64,000 nucleotides of DNA from assembly GCA_963718855.1 (NCBI GenBank), contig CAVRAA010000006.1, positions 83,583 to 147,582 on the forward strand. Direction: 5' to 3'. The DNA comes from an uncultured Nitrospiraceae bacterium (GTDB taxonomy: Bacteria > Nitrospirota > Thermodesulfovibrionia > Thermodesulfovibrionales > SM23-35). Under the pieces are notes generated by a model, which was not told where the DNA came from, made no database searches, and saw nothing but the letters and a program-made list of their open reading frames with translations. Numbering within the stretch: position 1 is the stretch's first letter; each line of letters starts with the position of its first letter. This document shows, piece after piece, positions 9,739-18,480 of this stretch. Made by a program: the position numbers and the translations under genes.

Positions 9739-10788
9739 ATGAAACATTCGTTAAAAATTAGTATCGTATTTATTTTTGCCCTTTTCATCTGCCTGCAGTA
9801 TTCCCTGTCTCATGCCAAAAAATATGATTGCAAAAGCATTGGCTTTGATGCAGGGCTGGAAGGGGTGGAGGAATTTATGATACAACGCGTGGCAGATGAG
9901 CATTACCGTGAATCTGAGGATTGTATCATGGACGGATACAAACAAGGTATCAATTACGTAAAAGCGGAAAAAGCATATAAGAATAAGGATTACAGCAAGG
10001 CGTTAAAGCTCTATTTAATCAATGCGGAGAAGGGCTATATGGCGGCCCAGGCGAAAGCCGGAGAACTCTATTTTAACGGCATGGGAACAGAGCAGAATTA
10101 CCAGGAGGCGTTTAAATGGAGCAGATTGGCTGCGGACCAGGGAGCTGGCGATGCCTGGTTTTACCTTGGGTTGGCCTACAGAAATGGTACGGGAACAGAA
10201 AAGGATGCAGAGAAGGCAATCGAAGCTTTCAGGAAGGCCGTAGAGCAGGATCCAAAAAGGGCAAAGGCCTGGGCTTTCCTCGCCCTGTGCTATAAGGAAA
10301 AGGGCGAATACGCTCATGCACTTGAAGGTATTCAGAGGGCGCTTGCCATCAGCCCGGAAAACATTGATTACATGCAGGTTCAGGCATCGAGCTATTTATT
10401 GAAGGGCGATACGCAGAATGCCAAAAGCAGTTATGAGCGTCTTCTGACCCACTTGAAAACCGATATGGAAAAAGAAAAGACCGCTGCAAAATATGCGAAG
10501 GCCTCTTGGTATGCTTTGCTGGCCGCGCGTTTCGCTGACGCAGAGAGTTATGCAAACGATGGTTTGGCGCTTGACGCAAGGGCATCTGAATTCCATGCAT
10601 ATATTGGCCACGCATATCTCCTGCAGAACTCAAAACGTGATGCATTATCTATCTATAAAAAATATATGGAACAGGATGCCGAGCAGGCAGCGCTCAGAAA
10701 TAAATTGAATGACGACTTTTCCCTGCTGAAAAAAAGGTATCCCGAAAAAGCCTCAGAGATAGAATGGGCTGAGAATAAACTCAAATAG
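9739..10788 (+). CDS. Secreted Sel1/TPR repeat protein
   Basis: Signal peptide, with Sel1-like repeats (AQAKAGELYFNGMGTEQNYQEAFKWSRLAADQGAGDAWFYLGLAYRNGTG) followed by TPR-like helices. Confidence 0.7.
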   Translation: MKHSLKISIVFIFALFICLQYSLSHAKKYDCKSIGFDAGLEGVEEFMIQRVADEHYRESEDCIMDGYKQGINYVKAEKAYKNKDYSKALKLYLINAEKGYMAAQAKAGELYFNGMGTEQNYQEAFKWSRLAADQGAGDAWFYLGLAYRNGTGTEKDAEKAIEAFRKAVEQDPKRAKAWAFLALCYKEKGEYAHALEGIQRALAISPENIDYMQVQASSYLLKGDTQNAKSSYERLLTHLKTDMEKEKTAAKYAKASWYALLAARFADAESYANDGLALDARASEFHAYIGHAYLLQNSKRDALSIYKKYMEQDAEQAALRNKLNDDFSLLKKRYPEKASEIEWAENKLK

Positions 10789-10844
10789 AGCGTATTTGGC
10801 CGTAACCTCCGTTTCATCGCCTTTCCCATGTTTACCTTCAGTGC

Positions 10845-10858
10845 TTGACTTAAGTCAA
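10845..10858 (+). promoter_or_regulatory. CRP/FNR-family operator (perfect palindrome TTGAC-N4-GTCAA) upstream of hcp
   Basis: ttgacttaagtcaa is centred ~30 bp upstream of a TATAGT -10-like hexamer (10881-10886). That places it at about -41.5 if the TSS is ~10893. The hcp ATG is at 10940. Confidence 0.55.
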
Positions 10859-10939
10859 AGACATCTCAATCTGTACAGGATATAGTAACTGCAAGGACGC
10901 TGAACTATTACAAAACTATCACAAAAGGAGGAAGAAACT

Positions 10940-12568
10940 ATGTTCTGTTATCAATGCGAGCAGACAGCAAAAGGGGAAGGATGTACGAATATAGGAGTGT
11001 GCGGGAAGCAGCCTGATGTAGCGGCCCTGCAGGACCTTCTCGTATACGCGCTTCAGGGGTTGTCTCTTTATGCGCAGGAGGGGAGGAAGGCAGGAATAAA
11101 CGACCGGGACGTGAATATTTTTACTGTTCAGGCACTTTTTTCGACCCTGACTAATGTGGACTTCGACCCGCAGAGGTTCGTTGCACTCATCAATAAATGT
11201 GTAGAACTCAGGGAAGCCCTAAAACAAAAAGTCGGGAATGCAGGCGGTAAAACGGATTTTCAGGAGGCGCCTGCGACATGGAAACCTGATGCAAGCCTGC
11301 CGGGATTGCTCAAACAGGGGGAAACAGTGGGACTGAAATCAGATCCATCGGCAGACCCGAATATCCTCTCTTTACAGCATATCCTTTTGTTCGGGATAAA
11401 GGGAGTTGCGGCATATGCCGACCATGCCCAGATCCTCGGACAGGAAGATGACGCAGTGTATGCCTTTTGCCAGGAGGCGTTGGCCTCACTGTTAAGAAAA
11501 GATCTTGCCCTTGATAAATGGCTACGCCTTGTCCTCAAATGCGGGGAAATAAACCTGAGGGCCATGGAGCTCCTTGACGCCGGAAATACCGGTACTTATG
11601 GCCACCCTGTACCGACTAAAGTACCCCTGGGGGTAAAAAAAGGAAAGGCCATCCTCGTTTCAGGTCATGACCTGAGAGACCTCGAAGAGATACTCAAGCA
11701 GAGCGATGGAAAAGGCATCTTTGTCTATACCCACGGTGAAATGCTTCCGACTCACGGGTATCCGGGACTGAAAAAATATGCACATTTCTATGGTCATTTC
11801 GGTACCGCCTGGCAGAACCAGCATAAGGAGTTCCCGCAATTCCCCGGCGCCATCGTCATGACGACTAACTGTCTTCAAAAACCCCTTGATGCCTATGCGG
11901 AGAATATATTTACGACAGGCCTCGTTGGCTGGCCCGGCATGAAGCATATTGCGGACAGGAATTTTCAACCCGTCATCGAAAAGGCTTTGTCTCTGCCGGG
12001 GTTTGCCGAAGACATAAGCGGAAAGACAGTCATGGTGGGATTTGCAAGGAATACGGTCCTCGGCGTTGCCGATAAGGTGATTGATGCGGTAAAAAATAAA
12101 CAGATAAGGCATTTCTTTCTGGTGGCAGGCTGCGATGGCGCAAAGCCCGGAAGGAATTACTACACGGAATTTGTAGAAAAAGTACCAAAGGATTGCATTG
12201 TGCTTACCCTCGCATGCGGCAAGTTCCGCTTTTTTGACAAAGACCTCGGTGATATAGGAGGCATTCCGAGGCTGCTCGACGTCGGACAGTGCAATGACGC
12301 ATATTCGGCAATTCAGATAGCGGTTGCACTTTCAAAGGCGTTCAATGTCGGGGTGAACGACCTGCCGTTATCCATGATACTGTCCTGGTATGAGCAGAAG
12401 GCTGTGGCGATACTCCTTACCCTTCTTTATCTCGGGATCAGGAATATCAGGCTTGGTCCGACGCTGCCGGCGTTCGTTTCGAAGGATGTGCTCGATGTGC
12501 TGGTGAAACAGTTTAATATCCAGCCCATCACCACGCCGGACGCTGATTTGAAAGCGATTCTTAGATAA
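10940..12568 (+). CDS. hcp: Hybrid cluster protein / hydroxylamine reductase
   Basis: 542 aa with the N-terminal MFCYQCEQTAKGEGCTNIGVCGK cysteine cluster and a good RBS (aaaaggagg). Confidence 0.95.
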   Translation: MFCYQCEQTAKGEGCTNIGVCGKQPDVAALQDLLVYALQGLSLYAQEGRKAGINDRDVNIFTVQALFSTLTNVDFDPQRFVALINKCVELREALKQKVGNAGGKTDFQEAPATWKPDASLPGLLKQGETVGLKSDPSADPNILSLQHILLFGIKGVAAYADHAQILGQEDDAVYAFCQEALASLLRKDLALDKWLRLVLKCGEINLRAMELLDAGNTGTYGHPVPTKVPLGVKKGKAILVSGHDLRDLEEILKQSDGKGIFVYTHGEMLPTHGYPGLKKYAHFYGHFGTAWQNQHKEFPQFPGAIVMTTNCLQKPLDAYAENIFTTGLVGWPGMKHIADRNFQPVIEKALSLPGFAEDISGKTVMVGFARNTVLGVADKVIDAVKNKQIRHFFLVAGCDGAKPGRNYYTEFVEKVPKDCIVLTLACGKFRFFDKDLGDIGGIPRLLDVGQCNDAYSAIQIAVALSKAFNVGVNDLPLSMILSWYEQKAVAILLTLLYLGIRNIRLGPTLPAFVSKDVLDVLVKQFNIQPITTPDADLKAILR

Positions 12569-12573
12569 AAAAA

Positions 12574-12599
12574 GAGAGGCGGGTTTATGCCCGCCTCTC
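12574..12599. terminator. 10-bp GC-rich hairpin between the convergent hcp and nrfHA genes
   Basis: gagaggcggg-tttatg-cccgcctctc. The T-tract is present only when read on the minus strand (A7 precedes the hairpin on plus). It is therefore a better intrinsic terminator for nrfHA than for hcp. Confidence 0.6.
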
Positions 12600-12648
12600 A
12601 GGTTAACCGGGGAGTATCAGCCTAACATTGATAATTTACATGCTTCAA

Positions 12649-12763
12649 GAAGAGCAGACGCGGCATTATCGCTCATTCTCGGTTCCCGATATCCATCGGG
12701 AACCTCCGAGGTACCCGATCATTCGGCGGACTGAAATGCGCTCAAATGCCGCATCTGCTCTTC
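12649..12763. repeat. ~115-bp palindromic intergenic element (arms GAAGAGCAGAYGCGGCATT)
   Basis: The left arm gaagagcagacgcggcatt (12649-12667) is the reverse complement of aatgccgcatctgctcttc (12745-12763). An inner hairpin ggttcccgat-atcc-atcgggaacc is present. A half copy ccgaatgagcgagaatgccgcatctgctcttc lies at 30307-30338. Confidence 0.65.
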
Positions 12764-12779
12764 TCATGTGAAATTAATT

Positions 12780-14246
12780 CTAAAACCTGTCCTGTACCCC
12801 GAACGGGTCCTTGATCTCCATCGAGGGAGTGAACTTGAGTTTCTTTTCGCCTCTTTCCTCCAGGTATTTTTTGAGCTCAAGGTCTACCTTAACAGGAACA
12901 TCCACTCCTGCCTTGGCCAGCGCCTGTCTGAGCAGGCCTTCTGCCTTGCCTGCAAAGGCAAGTGAATCTCCCAGCACCCGCAGGGCTTCCGCAGGGTTAT
13001 GGAATCCGACAGAGTTTTCAGCGCCGATGAAATTCATACGGAGGAAGGCTTCGTCGTAATATTCTTTTGCCTTGTCGTACAGTGCTTTATCGATAACCTT
13101 GCCGGCAGTCTGCAGGCTGTGGGCTTTTTCAAAGAGCTTCGCCACCGTTGCAGTTGCATACCCGGCGCGAAGCATAAGAGATACAGTCCTGTCCTGAATG
13201 GCTTCCACCTGTGCCCTTAACCACTCTGCACTTTCGGAATGACACTGTATACAGGCCCTTAAATCTGTCTTTAAAGGACTTGTGACACGGTGGTTCGATA
13301 CTTTGTACGCGCCGACTTTTGTATACGGCATATGGCAGTCCGCGCATGCAGCACCTGCCTTATAGTGGATGCTGTTATAGGTAAACAGTTCATACTCGGG
13401 ATGACGAATAAACGGCATTTTGAACCCCGTTACATTCTGTTTCCACTCAAGAACAGACGGGTCGCTGCGTAATTTTTTGATGATATTCTCGATGGAAATA
13501 TTTCCCATATTGCTTCCCTGCCATGGGAAATAGATACCGACCGAGTTCATTTCCTGATCCTTGATGATATTGTAGGTGACATGACACTGGGCACAGACAA
13601 TGGTCCTCAGTTCCTGACGGGTCAATTTCTCCGGTTCGACCCTCATTTCTTTCAAAGCAGCGTTCAGGACAAACCCTCTCGATATGGCGAGTGACATATC
13701 TTTATTGTTATGGCAGTCGATACAGGCCACCCCGAGTTTTTGAAACTGTTCCGGAATTTTGGCATGGACGTCCTTGAAAGGCATTTTGTAATAGTCGGCG
13801 CCCATCTCTTTTTCGAGCCTCGGAGCATAAGGGGTTTTACACGTAAGGCAGACGCCTCCGGCCTTTACCCTTCCCGCCGCGATATCAAGCTGGTCGATTA
13901 CCATGTATGCATGCCCGCGGGGTTCGTTGTACTCTATACCGAAACCCCATCCGTTGAACAATAATGCCATAAAAGGAAACTCTGACAGTTTATCGTAAAT
14001 GATTTTGTCCGCATCAAAACCCCTTTTATACTTGCTCTTTCCGGCTTCCGTGGGTTCCTCCGTCATTTTCCAGAGGTCGTAATGGATCGGATAAGCCTTC
14101 CCCCAGTTGGCAGGATCGACATCGCCGTCCGCAATCTTCACGGGCCTTACCGGTTCCGTTTTCTGAGGAGGACAACCGTACAGAGAAAGCAGCGCTATGA
14201 TACTGACAGCCAGAACTCCCGATACAAGATACTTCTTACTTTTCAT
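12780..14246 (-). CDS. nrfA: Pentahaem cytochrome c nitrite reductase
   Basis: 488 aa with a signal peptide. It has CLTCK (the diagnostic CxxCK haem) plus CIDCH, CAQCH, CADCH and CIQCH. Confidence 0.9.
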   Translation of the reverse strand: MKSKKYLVSGVLAVSIIALLSLYGCPPQKTEPVRPVKIADGDVDPANWGKAYPIHYDLWKMTEEPTEAGKSKYKRGFDADKIIYDKLSEFPFMALLFNGWGFGIEYNEPRGHAYMVIDQLDIAAGRVKAGGVCLTCKTPYAPRLEKEMGADYYKMPFKDVHAKIPEQFQKLGVACIDCHNNKDMSLAISRGFVLNAALKEMRVEPEKLTRQELRTIVCAQCHVTYNIIKDQEMNSVGIYFPWQGSNMGNISIENIIKKLRSDPSVLEWKQNVTGFKMPFIRHPEYELFTYNSIHYKAGAACADCHMPYTKVGAYKVSNHRVTSPLKTDLRACIQCHSESAEWLRAQVEAIQDRTVSLMLRAGYATATVAKLFEKAHSLQTAGKVIDKALYDKAKEYYDEAFLRMNFIGAENSVGFHNPAEALRVLGDSLAFAGKAEGLLRQALAKAGVDVPVKVDLELKKYLEERGEKKLKFTPSMEIKDPFGVQDRF

Positions 14247-14257
14247 GAAATCCTCCT

Positions 14258-14725
14258 TTAAAGGGTCGCTCTTATCCCGGTATGGATATGCGAAATTCTT
14301 TTATGGCAATTCCAGCATTTTCTCTCAGCATCGATCATCATAACAGTTGTCTCATGGCATCGTATGCAATTGCTCTGCAAAACCTTCTGTCCGTGCGACG
14401 ATATTTTTATCTGTTCAGAAATATGTCCTGAATGAAATATAACAAGGTCTTTAAGGCCGTCTAAGGATTTCCACAGATAGTGTACGAATTTGTTCTCATT
14501 CGGCAGGTGGCAGTCAACGCATGCTTTTCTCCGATGGGCGCCGGCATGCATCCAGGCTTCATATTGAGCCTCCATTACATGACAACTGATGCACTTCCCG
14601 GATCTTTCATATGCGTCAGCAGGTTTTGATGAACCAAATGACAGCAAAGGAGAAACGGTAATCGCAATGGACATCATAACAAGAAAATAACGGAAAACTT
14701 TTTTAATACTATGGCTGTCGGTCAT
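14258..14725 (-). CDS. nrfH: Tetrahaem NapC/NirT-family quinol dehydrogenase
   Basis: 155 aa with an N-terminal TM helix and CISCH, CVDCH, CIRCH, CWNCH motifs. It lies immediately upstream of nrfA. Confidence 0.85.
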   Translation of the reverse strand: MTDSHSIKKVFRYFLVMMSIAITVSPLLSFGSSKPADAYERSGKCISCHVMEAQYEAWMHAGAHRRKACVDCHLPNENKFVHYLWKSLDGLKDLVIFHSGHISEQIKISSHGQKVLQSNCIRCHETTVMMIDAERKCWNCHKRISHIHTGIRATL

Positions 14726-14877
14726 GGTAACGTGCTCCGTTCCTATTCACCCTTAATCTAATCCATAAATAGTTTAGCAGGAAGGAGTCATTTGTCAATG
14801 AACGTCTCTTGTTAAATTATATTTCTTGTGGAAATTATTCGGTTACTATTAACCCGGCAACGAAACAGATTAATGAT

Positions 14878-15034
14878 GTCATTCTGAGCAATGCGTCCTC
14901 CTCAGAGGATCCGCCGATGTGTAAAGAATCTGGCTGTTTCATGCTGTTACGAGATTCTTTACGGAGCCTGTCCTGAGCTGAACTGCGAGACCCTTCGTTT
15001 CCCTCAGGGTGACATGCGAAGGGTTCAGGATGAC
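14878..15034. repeat. Palindromic intergenic element with GTCATYCTGARC termini
   Basis: It starts gtcattctgagc and ends gttcaggatgac (reverse complement gtcatcctgaac). A nested unit gtcctgagc...cctcagggtgac lies inside. Confidence 0.55.
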
Positions 15035-15114
15035 CAAAATAATTGCCGGGTTAATAATAAGCCGACAAGCAAATACTATAAATGAAGGACTGATGGCGGA
15101 TCAATTTCAGGAAA

Positions 15115-16692
15115 CTATGCAGTTTTTGTAAGGTCTTTATAGAATTGTTTATTCTCGGCAAAGACAAGGCCGTCTTCATACTTGATCATGCCCGAAAGAT
15201 AGAGTTTTGCCAGGGACGTTTCGAGACAGCTGTAATCGTCTGAACCGGTGAGCATCTGAGCTTTAATCTGATGTGTTTTGCCTTCCCTGATGAAATTCTT
15301 GATGCTGAAGCTGTTAATGAGCTTTTCGAGCGCGAGTTCCCGTCCGTCGCCATTTTTTGAAGGGATGAGTCTCTGCGAAAGAACAAAGAGGAGGTTGTCC
15401 GCAATGCGTGTTCTGATAAGACCCTGCTGATCGGCAGGGAAAATATTGATGACCCTTTCTATTGTTGCCGCCGCCGTGCTTGCATGCACAGTTGTGATGA
15501 CCAGATGACCGGTATCGGCCGCCTGCAGAGCGATGGAGAAGCTGTCTGCATCCCTCATCTCGCCGATGACAATGACGTCAGGGTCCTGCCTGAATACATG
15601 TTTCAGCCCTTCAACGAATGACTTTGTATCCAGTCCGATATCCCTCTGGTTCACATTGCTTTTCTTATGTTTGTGGAGGTGTTCGATCGGGTCTTCGAGC
15701 ATGACGATATTGCATCGTTTGTTTGAGTTGATGATGTCCACCATGGCAGCGAGCGTCGTTGATTTTCCATGACCTGCAGGACCTGAGATAAGGATCAGAC
15801 CCTGCGGCATCAGCGCAAATTCCTTTATCCATTCGGGGAGGTTCAGCTCTTCAATAGAAGGCAGGATATCCTTGATATGCCGCAATGTGATCGAAATGGA
15901 ATTCCTTTGTCTGTAGAGATTCACCCTGAAACGGCCGATTTCAGGGAATGTCACAGCGACGTCATAGTCAAGATTCTCAACGAATGCTTCCCAGTCATTA
16001 TCAGTCATCAACTCCCGTGCATATCGTTCACAATCGGCAGGCGTCAGAGGTACCATTGAAGCCCTTTTGATTTCGTTGCTAAGCTTGATCGAAGGCGGCA
16101 CACCGGCAGTTAAGAGCATATCAGTAGCGGACGAGCCCGCCAGATATTTCAGGAGCGTCAACAGAGAAGGCGCCTTTTTCGTCTCTACTTTCCGGATCTC
16201 CTGTTCGAGCGTACCACCGGAGATCCCTGTTTCAGGATGCAGCAGGAGACTCTGAATGGCGGTATCCATCTGAGCTGAAGGCACTACAACCGGATGCACT
16301 TTTTTCCCGAGTGAAAATTCGATATCCCTTATCGAAAGCATATCCCGCGGGTTCACCATTGCAAGGGTAACGGAATTTTCATCGATGCTGAGGGGCAATA
16401 CCTTTAAGGTTCTGATCTTTTCCAGAGGCATGAGTTTGAGTAAATCGGGAGGGATCTCCATCTTATAAAGATTCGTCGACGGGACGCCGAGCTGCTGGCT
16501 GAGGGAGTTTAACAAGTCATCGGTGGTAATATACCCCATCTCGACCATGTTAGACCCAAGTTGTCCGCCTATCTGAGCCTGTCTTTTCAGGGCATCTTTC
16601 AGCTGATGTGTGGTGATCAGCCCCTGTTCGATCAGCATTTCGCCGATACGCTGCTTTTTTTTCCCGGGAGGCGCCATGTAAATTTTTACCAT
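15115..16692 (-). CDS. PilT/PilU-type secretion ATPase with an N-terminal MshEN-like (c-di-GMP receptor) domain
   Basis: 525 aa. Walker A is GPAGHGKSTT and the PilT-type core reads VIVIGEMRDADSFSIALQAADTGHLVITTVHAS. The N-terminus carries two 24-residue MshEN motifs (see finding). No pilus genes are adjacent. Confidence 0.8.
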   Translation of the reverse strand: MVKIYMAPPGKKKQRIGEMLIEQGLITTHQLKDALKRQAQIGGQLGSNMVEMGYITTDDLLNSLSQQLGVPSTNLYKMEIPPDLLKLMPLEKIRTLKVLPLSIDENSVTLAMVNPRDMLSIRDIEFSLGKKVHPVVVPSAQMDTAIQSLLLHPETGISGGTLEQEIRKVETKKAPSLLTLLKYLAGSSATDMLLTAGVPPSIKLSNEIKRASMVPLTPADCERYARELMTDNDWEAFVENLDYDVAVTFPEIGRFRVNLYRQRNSISITLRHIKDILPSIEELNLPEWIKEFALMPQGLILISGPAGHGKSTTLAAMVDIINSNKRCNIVMLEDPIEHLHKHKKSNVNQRDIGLDTKSFVEGLKHVFRQDPDVIVIGEMRDADSFSIALQAADTGHLVITTVHASTAAATIERVINIFPADQQGLIRTRIADNLLFVLSQRLIPSKNGDGRELALEKLINSFSIKNFIREGKTHQIKAQMLTGSDDYSCLETSLAKLYLSGMIKYEDGLVFAENKQFYKDLTKTA

Positions 16693-16857
16693 GTTTTCCT
16701 TTTTTTTGTCAAATAAAATCCATTGTATTATTAATGAGAACAGGAATAATTCTTAAAGTAATGCTATAATTTTTGAAAGGTTTTTTTTTCTGAACCATTG
16801 AATACTACACCAGGCAGTGTTTTTACCTGTGCTTTCAGGCAATAAATGGAGAGAAGT

Positions 16858-18480
16858 ATGAAGGTCGTTACCGCCGCTGAGATGCGGGAGATTGACAGGA
16901 AGACCACTGATGAATGCGGTATAGCCGGTATGGTCCTCATGGAACGTGCCGGGTTGGCCGTTACGGGTCGAATAAAAGAACTGTTCGTCCGCAAGAACGT
17001 TATTGTCGTATGCGGCAAGGGAAACAACGGCGGTGACGGACTGGTCATCGCGAGGATCATCCATAATGAGGGTGGGGAAGCCTGCGTCGTTATAACGTCG
17101 AAGCCCGTTGATTTCAAAGGTGATGCATTATCACAGTATAAAACCGCAGTTGCATGCGGAGTAAAAATTATTTCGGCTGAAACATTGCTCAGCCGCCCGT
17201 CATCCATCCTTACCCGGCATTCGATTATTGTTGACGCGATCCTGGGGACCGGCTTGCAAAAAAACATATCGGGCACGCTCGCTGATGTCATAGAACATAT
17301 CAATCGTTCCGGATTGCCTGTCGTTTCTGTAGATATGCCGACAGGTATTTCGTCTGATGACGGCCAGGTGATGGGAACAGCAGTGAGGGCGGCATATACC
17401 GTTACCTTTGGTCTGCCGAAAAGGGGCCACATGTTCTATCCCGGTGCCGAATATACCGGTAGACTGTTCACTGAGGATATAGGATTCCCGAAACGTCTGC
17501 TCACGTCCGAATCCCTTCCTGTTGAACTGATCGAAAAAAATACCGTCTCCGCGATGATCCCCCGGAGAAATGCCTTTTCTCACAAGGGAGACTACGGTCA
17601 CGTGCTTCTGGTGGCAGGTTCACAAGGGAAGACGGGCGCGGCACTTATGGCTGCAAAAGCGTGTCTGCGTGCGGGCACCGGTCTTGTCACCATAGGGGTT
17701 CCCAAATCCCTTGCGCCGGCGGTCCAGTCCCGTGTTACAGAGGAGATGATATTGGGTCTTCCCGACCGCGGCGATGGAACGCTTTCAGCAAAGGCCGCCG
17801 CAACAATCCTCGATTTCCTTGCGGGCAAAGCGGATCTCCTTGCTATTGGTCCCGGCATAGGGGAAAGCGCCGATTGCGGGAAACTCATGGAGACCGTAAT
17901 AAAAAGATCACGATCTCCGATGGTCATCGATGCCGATGGTATCAACGCTTTGCAGGGAGAGAAAAACATTCTGCTGCAAGCAAAGGCCGGCATTATTCTT
18001 ACGCCGCATCCCGGAGAGATGGCGAGGCTGCTGCAGGGGAAAACGGGCAAGGGACATGGGGCAGGGAGTATGGAGCAAGGGACAAGGGGCAAGGGGCAAA
18101 AACGGACAACGATAAGCATTCAGGATATCGAAAAAGACAGGATCAGCACTGCAATGCGTTTTGCGAAAGAGACGGGCACGCACCTTGTGCTGAAGGGAGT
18201 TCCCACCGTTGTGGGAACGGAGGACGGCAGGGCGTTTATCAATCCGACAGGAAATCCCGGTATGGCGACCGCAGGGACAGGGGATGTCCTCACCGGTATA
18301 ATCGCCGGCTTATTGGGGCGGACCAGGGACCAGTTGGCCGCCTGTCTCATCGGCGTGTATCTGCATGGGCTTGCAGGCGATATCGCTGCGTCCGAAAAAG
18401 GGCAGGATGCTCTCGTTGCGACAGATATCATCGATGCGATACCCGCCGCGTTTTTATCGCTTCACTCTCACAATTCATGA
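16858..18480 (+). CDS. nnr: Bifunctional NAD(P)H-hydrate repair enzyme (epimerase plus ADP-dependent dehydratase)
   Basis: MKVVTAAEMREIDRKT...CGKGNNGGDG (YjeF_N) and KGDYGHVLLVAGS...GNPGMATAGTGDVLTG (YjeF_C). ATG at 16858 has a GGAGAG RBS. Confidence 0.9.
   Translation: MKVVTAAEMREIDRKTTDECGIAGMVLMERAGLAVTGRIKELFVRKNVIVVCGKGNNGGDGLVIARIIHNEGGEACVVITSKPVDFKGDALSQYKTAVACGVKIISAETLLSRPSSILTRHSIIVDAILGTGLQKNISGTLADVIEHINRSGLPVVSVDMPTGISSDDGQVMGTAVRAAYTVTFGLPKRGHMFYPGAEYTGRLFTEDIGFPKRLLTSESLPVELIEKNTVSAMIPRRNAFSHKGDYGHVLLVAGSQGKTGAALMAAKACLRAGTGLVTIGVPKSLAPAVQSRVTEEMILGLPDRGDGTLSAKAAATILDFLAGKADLLAIGPGIGESADCGKLMETVIKRSRSPMVIDADGINALQGEKNILLQAKAGIILTPHPGEMARLLQGKTGKGHGAGSMEQGTRGKGQKRTTISIQDIEKDRISTAMRFAKETGTHLVLKGVPTVVGTEDGRAFINPTGNPGMATAGTGDVLTGIIAGLLGRTRDQLAACLIGVYLHGLAGDIAASEKGQDALVATDIIDAIPAAFLSLHSHNS

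Noticed and set aside
16764-17432. 222-aa minus-strand ORF, and similar ORFs (17200..17601, 17598..18119)
   Set aside because: They are antisense to nnr, with Ser/Pro/Thr-rich nonsense composition.
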